64,000 nt of DNA from the NCBI GenBank assembly GCA_036630325.1, contig CP142729.1:186001-250000 (forward strand), given 5' to 3'. Below the pieces are notes generated by a model that did no database searches, was not told where the DNA came from, and saw only the letters and a program-made list of their open reading frames with translations. The translations under genes were made by a program, and so were the position numbers. The stretch is from Vairimorpha necatrix. Its lineage: Eukaryota. Below are positions 11,121 to 21,365 of the stretch, piece after piece; positions within the stretch are counted from its first letter, which is position 1; each line of letters begins with the position of its first letter.

Positions 11121-12459
11121 TTTATATATTTTGTCAGTACTTTTACTTATAAGGATTCCCGAACCCAACATATTATCTTGAGTTTAAAAAGATTCCAATA
11201 TCAAAAATATTCCCATGCAAAGAAAAACTTCTGTAAATCTAAACAATTTAATTATCTTTTTAAAGTAAAACAAATCTATTATTTTTTATTCCTTAATTTT
11301 CCTTCGGAAAAAAAAATTGTTCTCACTGCGCTCGAACCCGGCAAAAACTTCGTTTTTGTGCGGGCCGGGCGCACGTGCGCCCTGGGCGCTTGACAGTTAA
11401 TAAATGTTTTTTTAATTTTTTTATGAAAAAAAACTAAAATTAATGAGAAAAGAACAAAAAAATTTAGAATTGTTGTATATATTAAAAAAGTATGTATTTG
11501 AACAAATCAAATATCATTTTCGTTTTGTTAATTTACTCTAAATCGAAAAAAAACTATGAATGCATTTATATAAAAACCTATCTTAAATAAGATATAAAGG
11601 GGAAGAATGGAACATATAACGTAACTTAAATAATACCTTTTTAGATTTGAATGAAACGAGAATTGAAAACTCACTACCAAAGTCTGAAGATTAATAAATA
11701 TTATTGGAATCTGGTTTTTATAATGAAATATGAGGTATTATAGCGACGGGGAAACAACATTGAAAAGCTCATGTGCACTTTAAACAATTATTTTGAGTTA
11801 TGTTTGCCTTTTGAAGAATTTTTTTTATTAGACATAAATGTGCATTTTTTAACATTTACACGTTTTCGTTTTATTACAACCTCTTTTTTTCAAATCAATA
11901 ATTCACGTAAATCACAATTTGTTCGTTTTTACAACGCAAATCTTTAATATTTTTTTATAGACAAAATTTAGTGTTTTTTATTGTCTATATACAAGATTTT
12001 CTGAAATATTTTAAAATATTTAAATTTATAATGACCAAAAACAATTTAGACAATTAAATTCTATGAGGTTATTTATTTATTTTTATGTACTAGACATGCG
12101 TTATAAAGATCAGCCTTTCATCATTTTTCTTATTTTTGCACATATAATTTTCTTTTTTTAATTTTTTTTTTAACGTGACTTTTGTTTCTCGTACCTTAAG
12201 TTCAATGTCGATATCTCTGTCTGCTAGACATCTATAATCATAAATTTTTTTTGTTTTAATTTTACTAATATTGCGCTAGATCATTTATCTAAACCTTCTA
12301 GTCTGTCTAAATTATTTTTACACAGTTGAATTAAACGACTTATTTTTTTTTTAAAAAATTGTTTTTAGTGGCTTTAGTCATAATGAAATTTTTTTACTAC
12401 TTTTTATAATTTTAATGTGCCATTTTTTTTTAATAATCTTATATTAGTAAATTTTTTTT

Positions 12460-13185
12460 TTATTTTAGTATGTCTTTAAATCTCGCCGTATTTATTTGTC
12501 TCCTCCCATTTACTACATCTCTACTTAGACTTCTTACTAAGTCTTGAATCCTGTACTTTACCCTAGGCTTCTCTTCTATTTCCATTTCTTTCCCTTCGCT
12601 CTCTACTCCTATATATATTACTTTATTTCCTACTTCTTTATATTCTTCTACTACTACACACATCTTGTCGCTATATTCTTCCTTATATTCTTCGTCTACC
12701 ATACATTCTATATTTAGTATCTCACAGAATAAGACCATCTTCTTATAATTTTTACATAATATTACTATATCTTTATATTTAAGATACATTAGATATAAAT
12801 AGTAGAAGTAGTCATTATTAGCACACTTGATTATATATTTATTAAAATTTAATATATTAGTACATTTTATTGTATTATTTTTTAGATATATAAAGTTAAA
12901 GCCCAAATTTTTAATATTAGATAAATGGTCTTTATAGCCGAATGTAGCCATAAGATCATAATCCTCTACTACTAAATGACTTGTTTTATGATCATTTAAT
13001 TGGGACTTTATAAAGTCTTTTGGGGTTATTTTTATGTACCCAGTGTTAGACTTCTTATAGACTTCTAAAATGTAAGGAATATTAGAAGATTGTGATTTAT
13101 GGGGAGTTAAGACTATGAGAAGAGATTTGAGATTATTCTGTAGAGTCTCAATACTATGATTTGTAGAATAATCAACCAACTTCAT
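12460..13185 (-). CDS. DBP9: Highly reduced Dbp9/DDX56-like DEAD-box protein (probably inactive)
   Basis: LVVEDYDLMATFGYKDHL resembles the Dbp9 motif II region as I recall it (LVVDEVDLVLTFGYQDDL). FYYLYLMYLK...MVLFCEILNI and KYRIQDLVRSLS match DDX56-type segments. CCCC upstream. Confidence 0.65.
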   Translation of the reverse strand: MKLVDYSTNHSIETLQNNLKSLLIVLTPHKSQSSNIPYILEVYKKSNTGYIKITPKDFIKSQLNDHKTSHLVVEDYDLMATFGYKDHLSNIKNLGFNFIYLKNNTIKCTNILNFNKYIIKCANNDYFYYLYLMYLKYKDIVILCKNYKKMVLFCEILNIECMVDEEYKEEYSDKMCVVVEEYKEVGNKVIYIGVESEGKEMEIEEKPRVKYRIQDLVRSLSRDVVNGRRQINTARFKDILK

Positions 13186-13439
13186 AAAAAAAATAAGGGG
13201 GCAAAAAATTATTAGCGACGAATGAATTGATTTTTAAAAACATTGAAGTTTGCATTTGTTAAAAAAATTAAAATTGACAAATAATATATTTAAAAAGACT
13301 GTATAAAATTTGTAAAAAACATTAAAGCGATTAATTTTTGATTTAAAAGATTATAAATCAACATATGCTTAAAAATTAAACAAAAAATTTTAATATTTTA
13401 TTTACTAGAGCTTTTATTGGTCTAGTCTTTAATTTTACC

Positions 13440-13735
13440 TCACTGCCGCGCGCATCTGGCCACACCACAAATCAATTGCCTCTACTAAGTTCTTGGTTTA
13501 GATCCTTCCTCGGCGAATCCCACTGGGTTCAAAGGAGATGCTCTCTAATGTCTTCTTTATAATTCTCATTTGAGGATACCTTCAGTACTAGGCCGATGGC
13601 ATTAACATAATTGCTGTGGTATTTTTCTTATGTCATGACGTATGGTATTATTTAATATATTTGTACATTAGGCCCAATTCATTTGCTAAGATATCGTACT
13701 TTCTAAGTTTTTCCTGTTCAACTTTCTGTATAAAA
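13440..13735 (-). mobile_element. 3' fragment of an RLE-type non-LTR retrotransposon
   Basis: Reads QKVEQEKLRKYDILANELGLMY..IPYVMT...IIKKTLESISFE, homologous to the copies at 24.2, 38.3 and 46 kb. Multiple stops. Confidence 0.65.
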
Positions 13736-13978
13736 TTATACATAATTTAAACTATTCATTATAAAAGATTTATTGAGTTAATTTATCATTAAGATTAGAT
13801 ATTCATAGCACAGCTTTCCCCGATATCGCTCATGGGATTCAGATCTTCACAGACGTTAATTTCTGTGGAATTATTAATGTTTTCCAACTTCGCTTTTCCA
13901 ACTTCATTCCCTTTTGAATAAGATTATGCTTAAACAAAATATTAAATAAAATTATGCATAAAATAAAATAATTTTCAA

Positions 13979-15967
13979 TTAAATGTTTAATTTCTCATTT
14001 ACTTCCTCACATATTTGCTCTTCATTAAATTCTTCCTCATTTATTTCTCTCAAATTAAGTTGACTTAAATTTTCTATAAATTTCTCAAGCTTATATTCCT
14101 TCTGTTTATTATTAATCCTCACATTTATACTTTCATTTTCTGCTTCTTTTTTTCCTATCACGCATACAAAACTGTATCCTTTCTTTATCAATATTCTCAG
14201 ATTTTTATTTAGTGTATTATTATCTCTTAATATTTCACATTTAAAATCTTTAAATTTTTCCCTTACTTTCTCCGTATATTTTTCATCCGCCAAAGAGACA
14301 ATCCCGACTTGTCTCGGGTTAATCCAAAAAGGCAAATTCTTCCCATAACTCTCTAAGAGTATGGCTATAAATCTTTCTACTGAACCCAAAATGGCTCTAT
14401 GAATTATAACAGGAGTCTTTTGATTTCCTTCGTCACTTCTGTATTTCAGTTTAAATCTTTGTGGTAATTGGAAATCTAATTGTATTGTCCCACATTGTAT
14501 TTTTCTACCTAAGGCATCTTGTAAAATTATATCAATTTTCGGGCCATAAAATGCCCCATCTCCTTCATTAATTTGATAATCGAAATTACATGCTTTTATT
14601 GCTTCTTCTAGAGATTTCTCGGCTTGATTCCATTCTTCAATTTCGCCTATAAATTTCTCGGGTCTGGTGCTCAAAAACAAAGAAAACTTGAAATTGAATA
14701 TTTCGTAAATGAATTTCAAGAAATCTAAACACCCAATAATTTCATTTTTGACTTGTTCTTTAGTACAAAAAATATGAGCATCATCTTGTTGAAACCTCCT
14801 GACTCTTGTTAAGCCTGTTAGTGCCCCACTTAGTTCATTCCTATGTAAAACACCAAAATCGGCGTATCTAATAGGCAAATCTCTAAAAGAATGATCAAAA
14901 TTCTTGAACATTAAACAATGTCCAGGGCAATTCATAGGTTTCATAGCCATATTTTCATTTTCTAAAATGAAAATATTATCTTTATAATTTTCATAATGTC
15001 CTGATTCTTTCCACAAATCAATACTAAAAATATTTGGACTTATAACTTCTTTGAAACCTCTTTTTTTATATTCTGATTTCATTAAATCCACTAATTTATT
15101 ATAAATAAAAGTACCATTTGGTAAGAAAAAACAAGACCCAGGACTATATTCATGAAAAAAAAATAAATCTAATTCTTTACCTATTTTCCTATGATCTTTA
15201 TTTTTTGCTTCTTCATTTAATTTTATAAAATTTTTCAATAATTCTTTATTTGGAAATGTTATTCCGTAAATTCTTTGTACTTGATTTTCGTTATGATGAA
15301 CTGAAGAATTTTTCAATATTTTTACAGCTTTAATTTTCCCAGTACTAAAAATGTGTGGACCTTTACAAAGATCAAAAAAATCCCCATTTTTATAAACAGT
15401 TGAGCCTTCTGAAACTTTTGTATTTACAAAATGTAATTTGTATGGATTATTTTTATACATTTCTAGTAGATCTGATTTTTTATAATAAATTTTCTGAAAT
15501 TTATAATCTTTTTTGATTATTTTATACATTTCATTTTCTATATTTTTATAATCTTCTTGAGATATTGTTTTTTCTATGTCTATGTCATAAAAAAAGCCAT
15601 TTTCTAAGGGGGGACCCTTTATGAGCTTACAATTAGGAAATAAGTTTACTAGAGCCATGCCGAGGACATGGGCAGAACTGTGCCAGAAGATGTCTTTACA
15701 TTCTTCGAATGTGCAGAATGACAACTTGTTATCATTCTGTAAGATAGTAGAGAGATCAGAGAAATCTCCATTTATTTTACACATGAGAATATCAGAGAGA
15801 TCAGTGAATTTATTAAGGAAATCATAAGCAGAGAAATTTGACTTAATTTCGTATATTTTATTATTATAAGATATTTTAATAATATCTGATATTCCAGAAT
15901 TCAAGCTTTGTAGATTTGATTGAGACAAATTTAAATTTGATTTAGACATTTCACACGGTTCAGACAT
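13979..15967 (-). CDS. THS1: Threonyl-tRNA synthetase
   Basis: TGS and editing domains (FWHSSAHVLG, DLCKGPH), MKPMNCPGHC, LHRNELSG, RRFQQDDAH, GAFYGPKID, IHRAILGSVERF. Start placed at the ATG following CCCC (15967) rather than the upstream GTG. Confidence 0.97.
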   Translation of the reverse strand: MSEPCEMSKSNLNLSQSNLQSLNSGISDIIKISYNNKIYEIKSNFSAYDFLNKFTDLSDILMCKINGDFSDLSTILQNDNKLSFCTFEECKDIFWHSSAHVLGMALVNLFPNCKLIKGPPLENGFFYDIDIEKTISQEDYKNIENEMYKIIKKDYKFQKIYYKKSDLLEMYKNNPYKLHFVNTKVSEGSTVYKNGDFFDLCKGPHIFSTGKIKAVKILKNSSVHHNENQVQRIYGITFPNKELLKNFIKLNEEAKNKDHRKIGKELDLFFFHEYSPGSCFFLPNGTFIYNKLVDLMKSEYKKRGFKEVISPNIFSIDLWKESGHYENYKDNIFILENENMAMKPMNCPGHCLMFKNFDHSFRDLPIRYADFGVLHRNELSGALTGLTRVRRFQQDDAHIFCTKEQVKNEIIGCLDFLKFIYEIFNFKFSLFLSTRPEKFIGEIEEWNQAEKSLEEAIKACNFDYQINEGDGAFYGPKIDIILQDALGRKIQCGTIQLDFQLPQRFKLKYRSDEGNQKTPVIIHRAILGSVERFIAILLESYGKNLPFWINPRQVGIVSLADEKYTEKVREKFKDFKCEILRDNNTLNKNLRILIKKGYSFVCVIGKKEAENESINVRINNKQKEYKLEKFIENLSQLNLREINEEEFNEEQICEEVNEKLNI

Positions 15968-16583
15968 TTTATTAAGGGGCCAAGAAAAAAAAGAATTTAA
16001 ATAATTACGAAACACGTAACAAAAATAAAAAAAATATCAATTTTATAATGAATTATATTAGATTGATCTTTAGAAACATTCACTCTATTAAAATATGAAC
16101 ATATTTTCCTATGATGTAGTGCGCTTTTATATTGTTTCTTTTTAGAACTAATACTTACAATTTTATTAAATGTCAAAAAATGATTTATATTAATTAACAA
16201 ACAAATTTGAAAGAAAGCAGAAGATTGAACACTTATGAGATTTGCATAAAAAACATAAGGTTTTATTGTACTCAAAAGTATGATTTATCATCAACCAGTA
16301 TCGACTTACTACACTTTTTTTTTGCAAATTAGTTATAATAAATAATCATGTCTAATTGACCAATAGACAAGAATATAATCAGAGTGTTTTTTTCATTTTA
16401 TACTTGTTTTTTTTTTTGGAAGTCATGCCCACGAGAAAGAAGTTTCTCTCTTCGGTCTGCATTTAATCCGAAACTTGAAAGATAAAAACAAAAAGTATAT
16501 TTATCGTAGGATGCTTGTGTAAATAATACATTACTAATAATTTTCTTATATGTTATATATAAATGACATCATTTATTCTTTAT

Positions 16584-17069
16584 TTATATGGGACCAAAGG
16601 AGTTTATACAGTCTATCTCAGATTCTAATGTCCTTATTAAATTGTCATGTAGACCTTTTATTTTTGTGTGTAAACTTTTAGATTCTTTTTTATTCATCGA
16701 AACAGACTGATGACATTTCGATGTATCAGTCTGTTGATTTGCCGCTTTCTTTATTTCGTTTATTATCTCCTCTATCTTCGTCTTTAGTTCTAAGTTTGTT
16801 ATCATTTCTGAAGTTATCGTCAATACTTGAAAATTTTTATCATTAAATTCCAAATATTCTTTTATCTTTTCTTCTACCTTCCTAAATCTAGTGTCTTCTT
16901 TATAATGTTCTCTTATCTTTTCTTTATAGTCTTTTAGTGCTTGTAAATTGACTTCGTGTATTATTATGAAATCATTTAAGAGATCTTTTGCTTCAAATGA
17001 CTCTGATACTATTTTCCATATGAAACAAGTAAAGATCATTGTAAGAAACCAGAATATAAATTTAAACAT
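16584..17069 (-). CDS. Hypothetical protein with N-terminal signal/anchor and helical body
   Basis: 161-aa ORF with a hydrophobic N-terminus, 24 bp downstream of the acetyltransferase stop. Confidence 0.7.
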   Translation of the reverse strand: MFKFIFWFLTMIFTCFIWKIVSESFEAKDLLNDFIIIHEVNLQALKDYKEKIREHYKEDTRFRKVEEKIKEYLEFNDKNFQVLTITSEMITNLELKTKIEEIINEIKKAANQQTDTSKCHQSVSMNKKESKSLHTKIKGLHDNLIRTLESEIDCINSFGPI

Positions 17070-17093
17070 ATAAAAAAGGAGATAGCTCCTTTT

Positions 17094-17555
17094 TTATATG
17101 TTTAAATTTGTATATTTCATTAGTAAAGCTAGTGCTCCATTTTCATAATATGACACCTCTTTTATAATCTCAAATCCTTGTTTAATATAAAATTCTTTAG
17201 CTTGTAAGTTACTTGATCTTACATATAGACTTATACTCCTTATATTTAAGGAGGTGGCTTCTTCCTTGACTATCTCCATTAATCTTGTACCAATACCATT
17301 TGTCCTGTATGGGAAGTCTACACAGAGAACATGACACTGTAAAACGGTGTCATGTTCTCTAGTATCTTGTATAGTACAAGAAATATTGCCTATTACTTTA
17401 TTATTGTGGAGACAGACATAATGAAATCTTCCGGAAGTATCAAATAGATCATTAAGGAATATTAATGGGACGAGATTCTCCTCAAGATTCCTATTTATAA
17501 GATTTATAACATTATTAATATCAGACAAGATCATCTTTCTGAACTTAATAAACAT
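17094..17555 (-). CDS. GNAT N-terminal acetyltransferase (NAA10/20/30-like catalytic subunit)
   Basis: LCVDFPYRTNGIGTRLM (acetyl-CoA motif A), LYVRSSNLQAKEFY, YYENG. Start at CCCATG (17555). Confidence 0.85.
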   Translation of the reverse strand: MFIKFRKMILSDINNVINLINRNLEENLVPLIFLNDLFDTSGRFHYVCLHNNKVIGNISCTIQDTREHDTVLQCHVLCVDFPYRTNGIGTRLMEIVKEEATSLNIRSISLYVRSSNLQAKEFYIKQGFEIIKEVSYYENGALALLMKYTNLNI

Positions 17556-17767
17556 GGGTAAATCATTCAAAATGTTATATAGTACCAATATATTAATAAG
17601 ATATATTGTACTAATATTATCTAGTTATATATACAATATTATTTTACTATTAAAATTTTTTTTTTTATTTGTGCATTTTTTTACTAATATTTAGTTCATA
17701 ATAATGTACCAATAAGATACTTGTTTCATATAAATTTACATATAAAAATATCATTTCTCTTTATAAA

Positions 17768-18085
17768 ATGGTATGTTGCATTCTATGTGGAGCAAGAAGT
17801 GAATCAAAAAGAATAGGAAAACCAGAAGGATTTCCAGACGCACCAGAGAAAATATTATGTCCGAGATGCGGGACTATAGCAGAAGGAGAATATAGGAAAG
17901 CATACGATAGATTCTGTGTTTGTATAATCCCATGTTGCTGTAAATGTAACAAAACAGAGCCATTTGTGGCTTGCTCGAATTGTCATGAGCCTATAGGCGT
18001 CATAACAGGGAACAAATGCAGGCAATGTTCAGTGGCCACGTCTTTTAGATCGCAGAACTGCCCGAACTGCGGAGCAAGAAAGTAG
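17768..18085 (+). CDS. Small cysteine-rich zinc-ribbon protein
   Basis: CPRCG, FCVCIIPCCC, CSNC, CRQC, CPNCG; G+C higher than flanks. Confidence 0.8.
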   Translation: MVCCILCGARSESKRIGKPEGFPDAPEKILCPRCGTIAEGEYRKAYDRFCVCIIPCCCKCNKTEPFVACSNCHEPIGVITGNKCRQCSVATSFRSQNCPNCGARK

Positions 18086-18374
18086 AAATAAAAAATAAAA
18101 AATAAAGCATTTTTATATACACCAACAATTTAGATTAGATCTAATTTATATATATTTTATTCTATAATTTCTAAATCTAATTTTTATAATACAGTCAAAT
18201 TATAACTTTTGTTATACATATTTAATATGTCAAATATGATATCTTATCAAATTTTGTCGTATATTGAGTTATATCTTATATGATCTATCTATCAAATTTA
18301 TTATGTATGATCTATCTATATTATTTATTATATATTTTATAATCTCTTAGTGTAATCATCTCTTTATAATATTT

Positions 18375-19259
18375 CTACTTGTGGGGCTCATTCTTGTGGC
18401 TCATGTACTTGGCCACCACATGATAAAACTCGGCGAGAGTAAAAGGCTTCTTAATAAAATCTGTCACTCCTATAGAATAAACATCAAAATCTAAATTATC
18501 ATATCCAAGATAAATTACGGGTGTCATAAAATCAAATCTCCTTATAAATCTCATAACTTCTTTAAGTAAAATACTATTCCCCCCTAAAACTATAAAATCA
18601 AACTTAATACTCTTTAAAACACTAAACAAATTATTCTTATTCTCAATAATCATAATATTAATCTTCTTATTCTTTAACAAATTATAAATATGTATTGACA
18701 TACTTGTATCCTCATCAAAAACAATAACTGACATATAAAAAACTTTCTCTTCTTTAAATAACTTATTCTTAATCTCATTAATATTATCAACTAATAAACT
18801 AAACTTCTCTGATAAATCTTTAATATTTTCAATAATATGACCCTGAAAAAGCTTATATGACTCAATACCAGGCAACAACTCAAAATCTTTACTGGCTGCT
18901 TCATGAGATGAACTCTTTCTTTTAATTTTATACAATTGATTCCTTTTTCCTCTTTGGAAATACATATGCTCAAATTCAAGTACTTGTTTTCCATATTGAG
19001 AAATTAAAAATTTACTACTTTTTATCTTATGGAAATCATACTTGTTAAGTTGTCTAATAAAAGAAGACAAATTTTTATGTCTAAAAAAAGACTGTAAAAT
19101 AACATCAGCAAACCCTTGGGGATTGACAATTATAAATGAATGACCAGTCATATTCCAGACTATAAAGTCTTTGTTATTGACATCTTCTAAAATGTCATAT
19201 AATTTTTTCACAAATTCTTTGGTTTCTTTGGGTTGCATTTTGAAAAGATTGGGATTCAT
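18375..19259 (-). CDS. HSF-type DNA-binding protein with C-terminal receiver-like domain (Skn7/Prr1-like)
   Basis: FVKKLYDILED...FRHKNLSSFIRQLNKYDFHK...HMYFQRG; short coiled coil; receiver fold ending GVTDFIKKPFT. Confidence 0.9.
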   Translation of the reverse strand: MNPNLFKMQPKETKEFVKKLYDILEDVNNKDFIVWNMTGHSFIIVNPQGFADVILQSFFRHKNLSSFIRQLNKYDFHKIKSSKFLISQYGKQVLEFEHMYFQRGKRNQLYKIKRKSSSHEAASKDFELLPGIESYKLFQGHIIENIKDLSEKFSLLVDNINEIKNKLFKEEKVFYMSVIVFDEDTSMSIHIYNLLKNKKINIMIIENKNNLFSVLKSIKFDFIVLGGNSILLKEVMRFIRRFDFMTPVIYLGYDNLDFDVYSIGVTDFIKKPFTLAEFYHVVAKYMSHKNEPHK

Positions 19260-19875
19260 GCAGGAAAAAAAAATATTTTTTATTTATGTAGGAGAATTTG
19301 TTGGTTAACAAACAAACTCATGAGATATGTCAAACTAGAAAAAAATGAATAATTAATTTGAGTGAAAAATGACAAAATTTATATAAATATTATTTTGTAT
19401 GACTCGATGATATAATACTAGTAACGTGATTTGATCAAAAAATTATTTAGTTTAATGACAATATTTGACGGAAAATTTATTTCATTTTTGTGTTTTAATA
19501 TATTTGAAAAAATTTAAAAATGAATTCGAGTTATACTTGGCATTTAAGCTAGTAACTTGGTCGATATGCGTCAAATATATCAAATGCCCCGTCATAAATC
19601 ATAAAAATATTGCCAATTAAAACAAAATTATTTTTATTTTGAAAATTTAAAGAATAAGTGGTGCTAGGATAAAAACTTGGTCTACTTAGTGCAAAATAAA
19701 AAGAAACGACATGTCAAATGCATCAAAACGATGACACATCTATTTGACATGTGTAGAACCTTTTAGAAAAGAAGCAGAAAAGTATAATTATATATGGAAA
19801 TTATTATTTGTTATAATTTTTCTTTAATTTTAAGCATGTATGGAAAATAAATGCCAAATGATTAACGAGTGACCC

Positions 19876-21365
19876 TGTTCGTGCGCGATCGAATTTTTTT
19901 CTATTTTTAGATCCTAACTACAATTTTTAACATTTAATTTCGGTATTTGTATTTATACAAATAATTGTATATTTATTTAAATTAACTATTTATGATTTTA
20001 TTCAATTACTTAGATTTAATTTATCGATCCCTAAATAAATTTTTGACTCGTCGGGATTCGAACCAGTGACTTTCGAAAAAACGAAGTCCCATAACAACCA
20101 CTTACCAAGTTAGATTATGAACAATTTTTGTATTTATTTATAATTTAGTGCTAAAATTTAAAGCCAGATTTACTTTTTTAACCCATTGAAAGAAGTAAAG
20201 GACTAATTTTAACATTGTCCGCTTGTGAATACACTTAAATGAAATAGAAAAGCCTGGAAATTGACAAAAATTCTAAATAACAGCTAAAAAAGGAATACCA
20301 AAGTTTTAATCAGGTAGACAACATTCTTTTCTTGAAAAATGTATAGGCTAACACAAACGAGTATTTGTGAGTACCATAGTCCAATCTATAAAATAAAAGT
20401 CCCAGGATGTCATTAGAAGCATCGTTTTGGCGCGAACCACCTCTACGATAAGTGTAAAGAAAATTACTTTAGTATATCTAGGTGTTTTGTAAGTGAGGAT
20501 TGCAAAGAATGCAATATAAGCATGCAAGCACAACGCCTAAAAAGATTAGTTTTAGCACATTATCGCTAAGAGACCTTTTGAAAGATTTATTATTGATCTT
20601 ATTGCAATGAGGGCTTATAGTCGTTAAAATGATGGTTTTAGTTGGATACTGACAGAAATAGATTTATTTTTTACATATTCTTTTATCTCTGCTTTGAAAA
20701 CATAATTCGCCGTGGAAGTCGGATCAAGATTAGAATACAAATTTCAAACGTAAAATATTCTTGCTATACTTCAATGTGACAGCGGCAAAGAGTTTAAAAT
20801 GAAACATTAGTCGAATTTTGCTCATTTATGGCAGCCCTTGTCATCTCCTGAGTCAGAACAAGTTGAGAGGGTTAATCAACGTCTATACGTTACCTGAAAA
20901 AAACATTTTACGGAAAATATTATATCAATAAGAACTATCTATCATTCATTTAAAGTTGTTTATGATTATAACACTGCTGTACACACTGCTACAAAAAAGT
21001 CTCTTTCAATTTATCGGCACGGAAGCCTCGGATACAATTTTTGTCTGAGGGATAATGATGATTTTACTGATGAGAATGAAACAAAATCAAACACGATTCC
21101 GGCATGAAATTTAGTGAGTAATAAAAATTGCCTAGCTGTAATCGACAGAAATGTGTATATAATTCTCAGTTGATTTTTCTATTGGGGATTTAGTAGTCGT
21201 AAAAAAAAATTATGACACTGAAATTAAGACAAAAAACTAAAATTAAGTTTTTTTATAGTGAGCCAAGGAAAATAATAGAAATTATATTAAATAACCGAGT
21301 AAGGCTAAAATACGACGGTAATGAAAAAAAGGATCAATGAATTTAGTTTAAAAATTAAAAAAATA
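19876..21365 (+). mobile_element. Decayed second family of Ginger-like integrase transposon
   Basis: Left end TGTTCGTGCGCGATC. Pseudo-integrase GANHLYDKCKENYFSISR..CKEC, IIDLI, QCDSGKEF, QVERVN is colinear with 9832-11120. Right end may be ...ATCGCGCGACA at 22386. Confidence 0.78.
20043..20122 (-). promoter_or_regulatory. tRNA-like B-box unit in the second Ginger-like element
   Basis: Minus strand GGTTCGAATCCCGACGAGTCA, a perfect B box, at the same position and orientation relative to the integrase as 9676-9757. Confidence 0.55.

Larger units (their letters stand above)
9579..11395 (+). mobile_element. Ginger-like integrase-only DNA transposon
   Basis: TGT...ACA termini with ~39-bp imperfect GC-rich TIRs, each holding the palindrome GGGCGCACGTGCGCCC. 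Encodes only a gypsy-like integrase, with no gag, RT or LTR. No TSD seen. Confidence 0.85.

Noticed and set aside
13440-13610. snRNA, SRP or RNase P RNA suggested by higher G+C
   Set aside because: No conserved ncRNA boxes; translation matches the non-LTR endonuclease tail seen elsewhere in the window.
15968-16015. N-terminal extension of ThrRS from a GTG start
   Set aside because: The CCCC motif lies within it, directly before ATG 15967; treated as promoter/UTR.
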